Source: Leucoraja ocellata (lineage: Eukaryota). From it: a DNA stretch of 64,000 nt. This document shows positions 26,675-39,300 of the stretch, piece by piece. Under the pieces are notes generated by a model, which saw nothing but the letters and a program-made list of their open reading frames with translations, had not been told where the DNA came from and made no database searches. The stretch is taken from assembly GCA_036785375.1 (NCBI GenBank), contig JAWMAR010000061.1, positions 6,882,001 to 6,946,000 of the forward strand, in the 5' to 3' direction. Made by a program: the position numbers and the translations under genes. The stretch's first letter is position 1. Every line of letters starts with the position of its first letter.

Positions 26675-27252
26675 GTATATTATGGTTCATTTTCAGATTT
26701 TTGTATATTTTTCATTCCATTATTTGCCTTGTTGATGCAGAACAGATTAAACCATGCTCTGTAAATGTTGCAGTAAGTTATAGTATATATTAATCATGTT
26801 AAATCTGGTAAATAATTCCTGACTTTAATATTACTTAATTTCTATTCAGAAAATGCCAAATTATTTATTTGCTTATTTCAGATTGTTTTGGGAACTGCGA
26901 TTTTCAAATGCCTTCATAATCTTAAAAGGTTTCCAAACTGGCATCTTCTGTTTTTTTAAGAAGGGAACCCTAAGGTTTTGGGTCTTATTCTGATAACTAT
27001 GAGCTCTCAATTATGCAACGTCCCTGAATGTGTGTTTCCACTTTCATGAGCACCTCGGTCTTGTGTAACTCTTGAAGTTGAGACTCTTGCGATTGCACTG
27101 GTGCCAGGCTTAGAGTTATTTCAATTAAAAGAGCATTACATTCGGGATATGTTTCACATCAAAACTTTCTAGTTCATGTCTATGTTTTTACTGTTGTTGA
27201 CAGAGCCATCTGGAGAATCAGTCTGCATGTAAAACATTAAACGTTGAAGACC

Positions 27253-27325
27253 ATGGCGGCAAGCAATAGTTTTAAAGCAGTAGCTGTTTACTGGACTCTC
27301 ATTCTATGCTGTCCTTCATTAACCC
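27253..27325 (+). CDS. DUOX: DUOX first coding exon (signal peptide); exon acceptor at 27203/27204
   Basis: Strong Kozak gaccATGG; [24 protein letters not shown]; donor c|gtaagt, phase 1 matches next exon. Confidence 0.85.
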
Positions 27326-30300
27326 GTAAGTAAAATAGTTAACACAGCTTGGAAACAAAGCTACTTCCAACACTAGTACTACTGTTTATCCTTGGCTTGC
27401 CTTTAAATAAGGATGGACCAAATGATATTTGAACCATGACCCTTGCATATTGAATCATTGCCGTTGATTTTCTGTCATCATTATATTGTAGTTTCTATTC
27501 ACTGAGCCTGTTTATTGTTTGTTTATTGTGGTATCTATTCACTACTGTGCTGCTGCAAGTAAGAAGTTGCTTGTTTTGTTTTGGTACATATGACAATTAA
27601 ACTCTCTCTCTCTTCTCTCTCCTCTCATTTTCTCTCTTTCTTTCTCTCCTTTTCTTTCGCACTCTCTCTTTCTCTTTCCCTCTTAGAATCATAGATTCAT
27701 AGGGTGATACAGCGTGGAAACAGGCCTTTCTACCCAACTTGCCCACACCAGCCAACGTGTCCCAGCTACACTAGTCCCACCTGCCTGCGTTTGGTCCACA
27801 TCCCTCCAAACCTGTCCTATCCATGTACCTGTCTAACTGTTTCTTAAACATTTGGATAGTCCCAGCCTCAACTACCTCCTCTGGCAGCTTGTGTGAAAAA
27901 GTTACCCCTCGGATTCCTATTAAATCTTTTCCCCTTTACCTTAAATCTGGAATTCTCTGCCTCAGAGGGTGGTGGAGGCGGGTTCTCTGCATGCTTTCAA
28001 GAGAGAGCTAGATAGGGCTCTTAAAAATAGCGGAGTCAGGGGATATGGGGAGAAGGCAGGAACGGGGTACTGATTGGGGATGATCAGCCATGATCGCATT
28101 GAATGGCGGTGCTGGCTAGAAGGGCCAAATGGCCTACTCCTGCACCTATTGTCTATGTCCTCTTGTCCTTGATTCCCCAACTTTGGGCAAGAGTCTCTGT
28201 GCATCTACCCAAATCTATTCCTCTCATCATTTTATACACCTCAATAAGATCACCCCTCATCCTCCTGCGCTCCATGGAGTAGAGTCCCAGCCTACATAAC
28301 CTCATGCTGGTGCAGGGCCACCAGATTCCCTCTACACCAGTGGTTCCTAACCTTTTTTTGGCCATGCCCCACCTAATCACCTCTAAAATCCTGATGCCCC
28401 CCCCCCCCCCCATTGCTTTCCCTTGAGAGAAAACGGAGGAAATAGATATTATACGGGTAACTTAGCAAAAGCTCTTTGAATCGCATTTCTAAATCCAATT
28501 CAATAAATAAGGTTCTCCCATGACCTCGCGCGCTTCGTGCGACGTGCATGAAGAGCGATGGCGCGGTGATTATGTAATAACAACATAATAAAGACCTTTT
28601 TTACCCCAAAAAAATTATTTACTCAAAATAACATCTGAAACATAAACTACATATGTTTACCTGATGGAAAATCCAAAAAAATAAAAATTGAAAATTTGGA
28701 CCCAGACCTCACTCAGGAGGCTGAATTGCCCCCCTTAAAAATCAAATTGCCCCCCTGTGGGGTGTACGCCCCACGTTGGGAACCACTGCTCTACAGCATA
28801 GGGACCCTGCACTGCTTCCCTCCGCCGGTCCGTTTACCGGCTCTCCGTCTGACCTCCTCCTATCCGGTTCACGGGGTGAGCTGAGGCTGGCATCGGCAGA
28901 AACCTCTGTGGGCCGGTTGCCGTTGCCATGGCAACGAGCCGGGCCTATTATCGGGCCTTTGGTACGGTCAACAGGGTTAATCAGCCCCTGAGATAAGCTC
29001 TATTTTTAAATCCTTGATCAGTTTAAAAGGGCTCTGGTCATGCTGATTTTAATTATAGGTTAGCATGGGAATGGGGAAGCGATGGAATGGCCTTGGAGTA
29101 AGTAGTTATTTATATGCAGTCAGAGGAATGCTACAAAGACCAGGGCCTTGTGCCAGAAATGCCGTAACTAAGAGAACTTCCAGAAACAAACACTTTTCAG
29201 TGATAGTAAACTTTGCTGGCACTTTTAAGAGGTCTTTCAGTTTTTAGGACTTGCTAAGAATTGCAAACATTCACAGCCAGGTCCCAAAGACAAATAGTTA
29301 AGGAATTGACTTCAGCAGTTTGCCATTTAAGATTCAAATGTACCCGGATGATAAAATTAGGTTTTCGTGTTAATCTGTAAGAGAAGAGATTTGTCTTTCC
29401 AAATAATTTTGGAAATATATATAAATATGCCATTGCAACTTGTGTACAAACATGGATTTTATTCCCTAAAGCACATTAATGACAAAGATATGTTTAAGAA
29501 AGAACTGCAGATGCTGGAAAAATCAAAGGTAGACAAAAATGCTGGGGAAACTCAGCGGGTGAGGCAGCATCTATGGAGCAAAGGAATGGGTGATGTTTCA
29601 GGTCGAGACCAGGAAGCATCTATGGAGTGAAGGAATAGGTGACGTTTCGGGTCGAGACCCTTCCGGGTCTCGACCCGAAACGTCACCTATTCCTTCACTC
29701 CATAGATGTTGCCTCACCTGCTGAGTATCCCCAGCATTTTTGTCTACCTCACCAGTAGATTGCCAGTAGTGGAGCTCCAACCGGCGTGGCCTTGTCGGCT
29801 TCGGAAGCCGCGGCCTCCAGTACGGAGGCGGCCGTTCCAGGGTTCCCAAGCCGCTGGGAGGACTCTCCCGACGCCGGAGCATCACCACCTGCGAGAATGG
29901 CCTGGAACATCGGGCCTCCGTAGAGGCAACTGTGGAGGCCTCAATAGGCCCGACTATGGGTGAACTGGGGTTGGGGACTGGACTTTGTGCCTTCCCTCGT
30001 AATGGGAACCATTGTGGGGGGATGTTTTTTATGTTCTAAAACTCTTATTTATGTTATGTCTGTTCTTTCTTTATGTTGTGCAAAATGGCAATAAGCATTT
30101 CACTACACCTAGTGTGTATGTGACTAATAAAATACCTTTGATACCTTCGATTTTTCCACCATCTGAAGTTCTTTCTTAAACTTTTTGTATTCCACATGTG
30201 AAGTATGTGTTTGAATATATATCTGAATCACTAATCAGTCGTATGACTGAAATATGTCATCAAAGGATATTTTAAATGCTAACCATGTTGATTTTCACTG

Positions 30301-33300
30301 GTTTAGATGCCAGTCTGAACTGGGAAATACAGCGATATGATGGATGGTACAACAATCTCGCCCATCACAGCAGGGGTACAGTCGGTAAGTAGTTCAGTCT
30401 TGCCTCTACCACAATGGGCGGCATTGTGGCACAGAGGTAAAGTTTCCTAGTGTGTGTGTGTGTGTAGGATAGTGTTAATGTGCGGGGATTGCTGGTCAGT
30501 GCGGACTCGGTGGGCCGAAGGGCCTGTTTCCGCGCTGTATCTCTAAACTAAACTGAACTATACAATGGCCATACACCATCTTGTCTAAGGTAGACAAAAA
30601 TGCTGGAGAAACTCAGCGGGTGCAGCAGCATCTATGGAGTGAAGGAAATAGGTAACGTTTCAGGCCGAAAACCCTTCTTCAGACAACCATATAACCATTT
30701 AACAATTACAGCACGGAAACAGGCCATCTCGACCCTTCTAGTCCGTGCTGAACACGTATTCTCCCCTAGTCCCATATACCTGCGCTCAGACCATAACCCT
30801 CCATTCCTTTCCCGTCCATATAACTATCCAATTTATTTTTAAATGATAAAAACGAACCTGCCTCCACCACCTTCACTGGAAGCTCATTCCACGACATATT
30901 GTCAACATAGTGAGCAAGTTTTGTAGCAGATATCCGTAGTAGGGTCCCAACTCTGAATGCTGTCTGCAATTCTCTTCACTGATGCTGTCCAACCGGCTAA
31001 GTTCCTCCAGCACTTTGTCTTTTGCTCAAGATTCCGGCAATTTCTGCAATTTTATTTGTGTCTCCATTCGTACCGTATCTAATATGTTCTTCTCTGAAAT
31101 AACAGAGTACAACTATTCACGGTTTCTACACCCTATACAATTGTGACAAATCCCTTTTTCTCTAAATTCCACGCCAATAGCCAATATAGAACATGGAACA
31201 GTGTAGTGTTTAAGAAGGAACTGCAGATGCTGGAAAATCGAAGGTACACAAAAAATTCTGGAGAAACTCAGCGGGTGCAGCAGCATCTATGGAGCGAAGG
31301 AAATAGGCAACGTTTCGGGCCGAAACCCGAAAGGGTTTCGACCCGAAACGTTTCCTATTTCCATCAGGGTTTCGACCCGAAACGTTGCCTATTTCCATCA
31401 GGGTTTCGACCCGAAACGTTGCCGACTTCCTTCGCTCCATAGATGCTGCTGCACCCGCTGAGTTTCTCCAGCATTTTTGTGTACCATGGAACAGTATAGC
31501 ACAGGAACAGGCCCTTCGCCCTCAATGTTTGTGCCAAGTCAAACAATTCACATCTGCCTGTACATGATCCATGTCCCTAATAACTTGGATCATGATGAAG
31601 GCAGAAAGTGATGGATTAACTCAGCGGGTCAGACAGCATCTCTGGAGAGAATGGATAGGTGATATTTTGGAAAGGGACTTCGTTAGACTGTACGTAGAAG
31701 GGGAGAGAAAATTGGTATCAAGTGCGTTGAAGCATTAAGAAGTTAGTTTTACCATTAGGAGAGGTGCTGAAATAACTCAGTGGGTTAGGCAGCATCTCTG
31801 GAGAATGTGGATAGATGATGTTTCAGGTCGAGGCCCTTCTTCAGGCTGAATGTGACGGAGGGGAGGATAACTAGAACAGAGAAGGGCGGGGTGAAGCCTA
31901 GTGAGTGATAGGTGGATACAGGGGGGGGGGGGGGGGTTGATAGACAGGTAGTCGGACAAAGACCAGAAATGAAAAGACACATTGATTTTCCAAAGAAAAC
32001 ATGGCTGATTTTGTTTTCCTTTCAGATGCCCCGTTTGTGCGCCTGCTGCCTGCTCGGTATGCTGACGGAGTTTACGAGGTTTTACAGGAACCGGAGTTAC
32101 CAAATCCCCGCCAGATCAGCAATGTGGCGATGAAAGGAGAATCAGGAATACCGTGTGCCAAAAACCGAACTGTTCTCTTTGTCTACTTTGGTAAGCTGAC
32201 TTGGAATCCATGGAACATTTTAGAATTGCAAACATCTATTCAGATTTTTCTTTTTGTAAAATAAACTTGACGTCTAAAACATTATCAGGATTCAAATTGA
32301 AGCACTTATTGCAGACAGCTAACACCAACAAAGGATACTGAAATAGACTTAAATTAAAAGTAATGCTAGATTACACCAATAAACGCATTAACACAAAATG
32401 AGGAGCAAAACGCAAAGTGCTGGAGTAACTCAGTGGGTCTGGCTGCCTTACAGCGTAAGAGCCCAGGTTCGATCCTGACTACTGCTGCTGTCGGTACCGA
32501 GTTTGTACATTCTCCCTGTAACCATGTAGGTTTTCTCCAAATGCGGTTTCCTCCCACACTCCAAAGATGTACAGGTTTGTAGGTTAAAATTGTCGGTAAA
32601 AATGGTAAATTGTGCCTTATGGACCGTGGAGTCCAGGAGTATGGGGAGAAGGCAGGGACGGGGTACTGATTGTGGATGATCAGCCATGATCACAGTGAAT
32701 GGTGGTGCTGGCTCAGAGGGCCGAATGGCCTACTCCTGCACCTGTTGTCTATTGTACAATAATACACTAATAATAATAGTAATAGTGTGCTAATCGTGCT
32801 AATGTTCGGGGGGGGGGCGCTGGTCGTCTTGGACTCGGTGGGCCAAAGGGCTTGTTTCTGCACTGTATCTCTAAACTCTGAAGTATACTTAATTTTGATT
32901 TTGTTTTGTTGAAAGAGATTTTTAATGGAATGTATAAGGTGTGACTCTTGTATCAGTTTCACTCAGTTACCATGTGCACTTGTTTATGAATTGGAAGTTG
33001 AGACGTTTTAATCCTACTCCAGGCACTTGAGGATAAGAATCCAGGTTTTGTTGCCTCAGAGACTGTTGCCTCTCCTAGCTGAATGTAAAACTCACAGAGC
33101 AGTATTTTGGAAATTAATTTACAAAATACTTTTTTTTCGGCGATCGGACAACATTCTGTGTGAAAAAAATATTTTCCCCTCCCACGATAAACCTATGCCC
33201 CTGGTTCTCGATTGCCCTACTCTGAGTGAAGAAGTTGCCCTTCAGGTTCTTAATAAACCATTCCCCTCTCAGGTTGGGGTGGGATTTCTTCAGTCAGAGG

Positions 33301-36300
33301 GTGGTGAATCCGTGGAATTCTTTGCCACAGGCGGCTGTGGAGGCCAAGTCAATGGATATTTTTAAGGCAGAGTTAGATAGATTCTTGATTAGTGTGGGTG
33401 TCAGATGTTATGGGGAGAAGGCAGGGGAATGGAGTTGAGAGGGAAAGATAGATCAGCCATGATTGAATGACGGAGTAGACTTGATGGGCCGAATGGCCTA
33501 ATTCTGCTCCCAGAACTTATGAATTGGCGGTTCCTGGATAATAACAACTGCAATGTTATAAACAGGTGGGTTGATTTCACAATCACCTGCCCGACAGGTA
33601 GATATGTCTAAAACAGCGGCGATAATGGTAATACTGCAGTCAGTAGCTGGTGTTGTTCCTGCTTGTATATTTCGTGAAAAAGACACAAAGTGCTGGAGTA
33701 ACTCAGCGGGTCAGGCAGCATCTGTGGAGAACATGGATAGGTGACGTTTCACAGAGTGCTGGAGTAACTCAGTGGGTCAGGCAGCATCTGTGGAGAACAT
33801 GGATAGGTGACGTTTCACAGAGTGCTGGAGTAACTCAGTGGGTCAGGCAGCATCTGTGGAGAACATGGATAGGTGACGTTTCACAGAGTGCTGGAGTAAC
33901 TCAGCGGGCCAGGCAGCATCTCTGGAGAACATGGATAGGTGACGTTTCAGTTTGGGACCCTTCTTCAGATTGTAGTAGGGGGGAGAAAGCTGGAAGAGAA
34001 ATGGGGGGGTGGGACAAATCCTGGCAAGTGCTAGGTGGAATGGAGGTGGGGGGGGGGGGTTAAGCAGCAGGAACAGAGGGGGAGGAGTGAGGGTCTCTAG
34101 CAACCCCATCGGAGAGTGAAAAGGGAGCTTCTTCAAAGTAGCTTGAGGAGTAAGAATGAACTGCAGACGCTGGTTTAAATCGAAGGTAGACACAAAATGC
34201 TGGAGTAACTCAGCGGGACAGGCAGCATCTCTGGAGAGAAGGAATGGGTGACGTTTCAGGTCGAGACTCTTCTTCAGACTGGTTAGGTATAAGGTGAACG
34301 AGAGATATAGGTGATGATGTGGAGAGACAAAGAATAATGAATGAAATATATGTAAAAAAGCAACGAGGATAAAGGCAACAGGCCGTTGTTAGCTGGTTTT
34401 TGGATGAAAACGGGAAGCTGGTGCTACTTGGGTGAGGGAGGGATAGAGAGAGAGGGAATGCCGGGGCTACCTGAAGTTAGAGAAATCAATATTCAACGAC
34501 ACCCATTCCTTCTCTCCAGTCTTGTTTTGTTTTTTTTTGTTGATTTTATTAGAAGTTAATACAGTACAAAACAGTCCAGTGGAACCGAATTTTAGGTGCC
34601 AACTATGTAATACCGTAATCCATTCTATGTACAACCTCTAGTTTTATATTTTGAGAAGGAAGTAAGCAAGACAAGAAAAAGAAAACAATAGAAAGGGGAA
34701 AAAGAGGAAAAATAGATGACAGAGAGTAGAAAAACGTGAAGTGTGTGTATATATATTTAAAAAAAAAGAAAAAGTGGAAAGTAGCAATAGGAGAGAAGGC
34801 CCCTTAAAAGAGGAATTTTCAAATCTGTATTCGGAGATGTAGATCTATCCGCGACATGAACTGAAATCAGCAATCTTTACGGTACCGCTGCATCACATGA
34901 TTCCAAAAAGTCGATGAAAGGAGACCAACTCCTTAAGAATTGGTCATATTTATCTATTAGGCGGAGTCTCGTTTCTTCAAGGCGTGCTATGTCCATTATA
35001 TTCCTAATCCACATTTTAACAGTTGGTATGGTTGTATTTTTCCAAAATTTAAGTATCAATTTCTTTCCAATTATTAACCCATAATTTAAAAAAAAAGTTT
35101 TGGTCTTTATTTAAATTGATATCTTCTACTATTATTCCAAATATAATCCATTCCGTTTTAGGTTCTATTGTGGACTTGAAAAGCTTTGTAAATATATCAA
35201 ATATATCGCTCCAAAATGTATTCAACTTTGTAGATCCTACAAATGAATGTGTTATATTAGCGTTTTGAAACAAACATCCAGTTAACCACAATATTTGTAA
35301 ATGGTGATTCAGAGGTTTTGTTCTCCTAGATCACACTCTTCCTTGTAGTGCTTGGTGTTCAACTATATAACATGCATTCAAATGCTGAACTTGTCCTCTG
35401 CAAGAAAATTATCTTTTACTTCTGATAAAGAACGACAAGTTTATTAAAGTCTGGAATTGTAGTATAGTGGTTAGGTCACTTCTTCTTTGTCCTTGTGTCC
35501 GGCCATCTTCTATATCACGTCATTCCGGTCAGTCAGTGATTTCAAGTCAAGTCAAGTTTATTTGTCACATACACATACGAGATGTGCAGTGAAATGAAAG
35601 TGGCAATGCTCGCGGACTTTTGTGCAAAAGACAAACAACAAAACAACCAAACAAATTATAAACACAATCATAACACACATATTCTTTTACATAATAAATA
35701 ATGGAAGGAAAGGATTTGATGATTTGATTTGATTTGATTCAACTTTATAGTCATTGCACAAATACGAGTACAGCTACAACGAAATGCAGTTTAGCATCTA
35801 ATCAGAGTGCAAGGTAGTAAAAATGCTGGTTAAAACAATATGGGCAATGTGGATGAATTAAACTAGTACATAGGTAAATAAATATATACAGATAAAAGAG
35901 TACAAAGGATAGCTAGCGTAAGGCCTGTGAGTTCAGCAGGGTAATGGTATTTTGGAAAAAGCTGTTCCTCAGCCTGCTGGTTGACGGTTGGTGGTTACCT
36001 CAGTCAGACACTGTGGTACAGTTCCTGTCATAGAAACATAGAAACATAGAAATTAGGTGCAGGAGTAGGCCATTCGGCCCTTCGAATCTGCACCGCCATT
36101 CAATATGATCATGGCTGATCATCCAACTCAGTATCCCGTACCTGCCTTCTCTCCATACCCCCGATCCCCTTAGCCACAAGGGCCACATCTAACTCCCTCT
36201 TAAATATAGCCAATGAACTGTGGCCTCAACTACCCTCTGTGGCAGAGAGTTCCACAGATTCACCACTCTCTGTGTGAAAAAAGTTCTTCTCATCTCGGTT

Positions 36301-39300
36301 TTAAAGGATTTCCCTCTTATCCTTAAACTGCGTGACCCCTTGTCCTGGACTTCCCTAACATCGGGAACAATCTTCCTGCATCTAGCCTGTCCAACCCCTT
36401 AAGAATTTTGTATGTTTCTATAAGATCCCCTCTCAATCTCCTAAATTCTAGAGAGTAGCATCGTCAGCATTGCCTGGGGTGCGGCACGTGGTGGCTTCTG
36501 CTTGCATCCCGTTAAGTTACTGAACGAATAGGCAAGGCTTTGCTTCATTAGATTCATCAGCATTGATTGAATGGCGGAGTAGATGATGGTCCGAATGGCC
36601 TAATAATGCTCCGATCTCTTAATACCTTATGACCTCATCAAACGTGAAACAATTTGATTTTGTAATAGCCCATGTGGTTCACTAATGTTCTTTGTGGGGA
36701 AGGAGGTTAGGTTAATATGAGACTCCAGACTCAACAGTATCATTGCATGGTAGACAAAAATGCTGGAGAAACTCAGCGGGTGCAGCAGCATCTATGGAGC
36801 GAAGGAAATAGGCGACGTTTCGGGCCGAAACCCTTCTTCAGACTGATAGGGGGTGGCGGGGAGAAGGAAGGAAAAAGGAGGTGGAGGAGCCCGAGGGCTG
36901 GGGGATGGGAGGAGACAGCCCGAGGGCTGAGGAAGGGGAGGAGACAGCAAGGGCTAACAGAATTGGGAGAATTCAATGTTCATGCCCCCAGGATGCAGAC
37001 ACCCCAAGCGAAATATGAGGTGCTGTTCCTCCAGTTTCCGGTGTTGCTCACTCTGGCAATGGAGGAGACCCAGGACAGAGGCCGGATTGGGAATGGGAGG
37101 GGGAGTATCATTGCATGTTCAGTTGCGACCATTGTTGTCAGTACCATGCACATCCCATGAATAAATAGAGACCGTTCTGAACTAGCTCATGATATCAAAC
37201 ATTTTTAAATTTCTAATTTAAAGTGGAATACCAACATAACTTCTGCGATCCTGTCGGAACCAGTTCTCCTGGTTCTCTGGCTGATATCCAGCCCTAAACA
37301 ACTCCACAATTGTTATCTTATTGTCAACTGGAATATATTGCATGAATAGTTGGAATGTTATTTGCCCTTCCACAGGTTACGTGCACAATTTAGGTGTTTT
37401 CTACACTTGTGTAAAAGTTGATTGGCTTGATCATCACATCGGATCTTGATCACAAAGACACCCAGTTCCTAAGAAAAGGTTCCTCTTTCTTGGTGAAAGT
37501 GGCCAATGTATCGATCTGTGTTTGATAAAACATTATCATACATGACGAGCAGCCAATCAAATGGAGAAATCTCCCAACCAGCAAACCAGGACATAGGTTG
37601 AAGGTGAAGGGGAAAAGAAGGATTTTTTTTTACACAAAGACTGAACGAGCTGCTGGAAGCAGGTTCTGTTGTAACATTTAAGAAACATTTAGACAGGTAC
37701 ATGGATAGGATAGGTCTAGAGGGATATGGGCCAAACGCAGGCAGGTGTGACATGGGACATGGGCAAGTTGGGCCATTGGATCTGTTACCACGCTGTATCA
37801 TGTCATAAGAAGCTCAACATACAAAATGCTCTTAAGCATTGAAAAATACATCAACATGTTAATGTGTTCTTGAATGATTTATTTGATGTATATGTTATTG
37901 ATTGATTTGAAAACAGATTGGCTGGGCCGGAGAGGTTGTTCAGCTGTAAATATTATTTAGTATGGTGTTAAAAACAGTTCTATTTTATTCAAGGTCATGT
38001 CATAAGGGATAGGAGCAGAATTAGGCCATTCGGCCCATCAAGTCGTCTCCGGCATTCAATCATGGCTGATCTATCTCCCTCCTAACCCCATTCTCCTCCT
38101 GCCTTCTCCCCACACCTGTACTAATCAAGAAATTATCACTGAAGAAGGGTCTCGACCCGAAACGTCACCCATTCCTTCTCTCCAGAGATGCTGTCTGGCC
38201 CGCTGAGTTACTCCAGCATTTTGTGTCTATCTTTGATTTAAACCAGCATCTGCAGTTCTCTCCTACCCAAGTATCTATCTATCTCTGCCTTAAAAAATCA
38301 CCAAAACTTAACGTTTCAATGGATCTTCTGAAAAGAATAGCATTTTACACATTTCAACTCACATGAAATAGACAGTTTTGTGTTGATTGGAACTTATTGG
38401 TATGACTGTATGGCAAATGAAATTCCTCGTATGTTGCAAAACATGCTTGGCTAATAAAGTATGTGATTGTGGTTGTGAAGACTGCAACATCACACTAACA
38501 GCAGGTTAATGTGATTGCATCAACCAGAGTTTTCCATCTGCTTCAGTTTAGTTCCAGTAACTACTGACAGCTTCAACAATGCTTTAACCACAAATTATAG
38601 ACCATAAATGTTCAACATAAATGCTATTTTTGTTGCTGTTCTGGGATGAACTCCAAAAAGATAACATTTGACTACGCCTTAAACCACCTGCAAGATTTTT
38701 TGCTTTTCTTATTTATTGCAAATTTGGAGTCATAGAGTGATACAGTGTGCAAACAGGCCCTTCAGCCCAACTTGCCCAGACTAACCTCTTCTGGTAGCTT
38801 GTTCAATAGACAATAGGTGCAGGAGTAGGCCATTCAATGTGATCATGGCTGGTCATCCACAATCTGTACCCCGTCCCTGCCTTCTCTCCACACTCCTTGA
38901 CTCCACTATCCATAAGGCACAATTTACAATTTTTACCGACAATTTTAACCGACAAACCTGTACATCTTTGGAGTGTGGGAGGAAACTGCATTTGGAGAAA
39001 ACCCACATGGTTACAGGGAGAACGTGCAAACTTCGAGCCAGCACCGCCATTCAATGTGATCATGGCTCATCATGGCCTGAAACGTCACCCATTCCTTCTC
39101 TCCAGAGATGCTGCCTGTTCCGCCGAGTTACTCCAGTCTATCTTCGGTGTAAACCAGCATCTGTAGTTCCTTCCTACACATCTAACCTACCAACTTGCAC
39201 ATATTTGGGACAGAGAGGAAACAGAGAGTGGACCAGCGCCTCCTGCGAGTGTGGGTGCCCAACACACAGTCAGTGGAGCACATGGTCACCAGTTGCCCCA

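Noticed and set aside
33650-34063. 137-aa ORF with repeated peptide; superficial CRISPR-like periodicity
   Set aside because: Translation of the 66-bp tandem repeat; no unique spacers, no cas genes, eukaryotic context.
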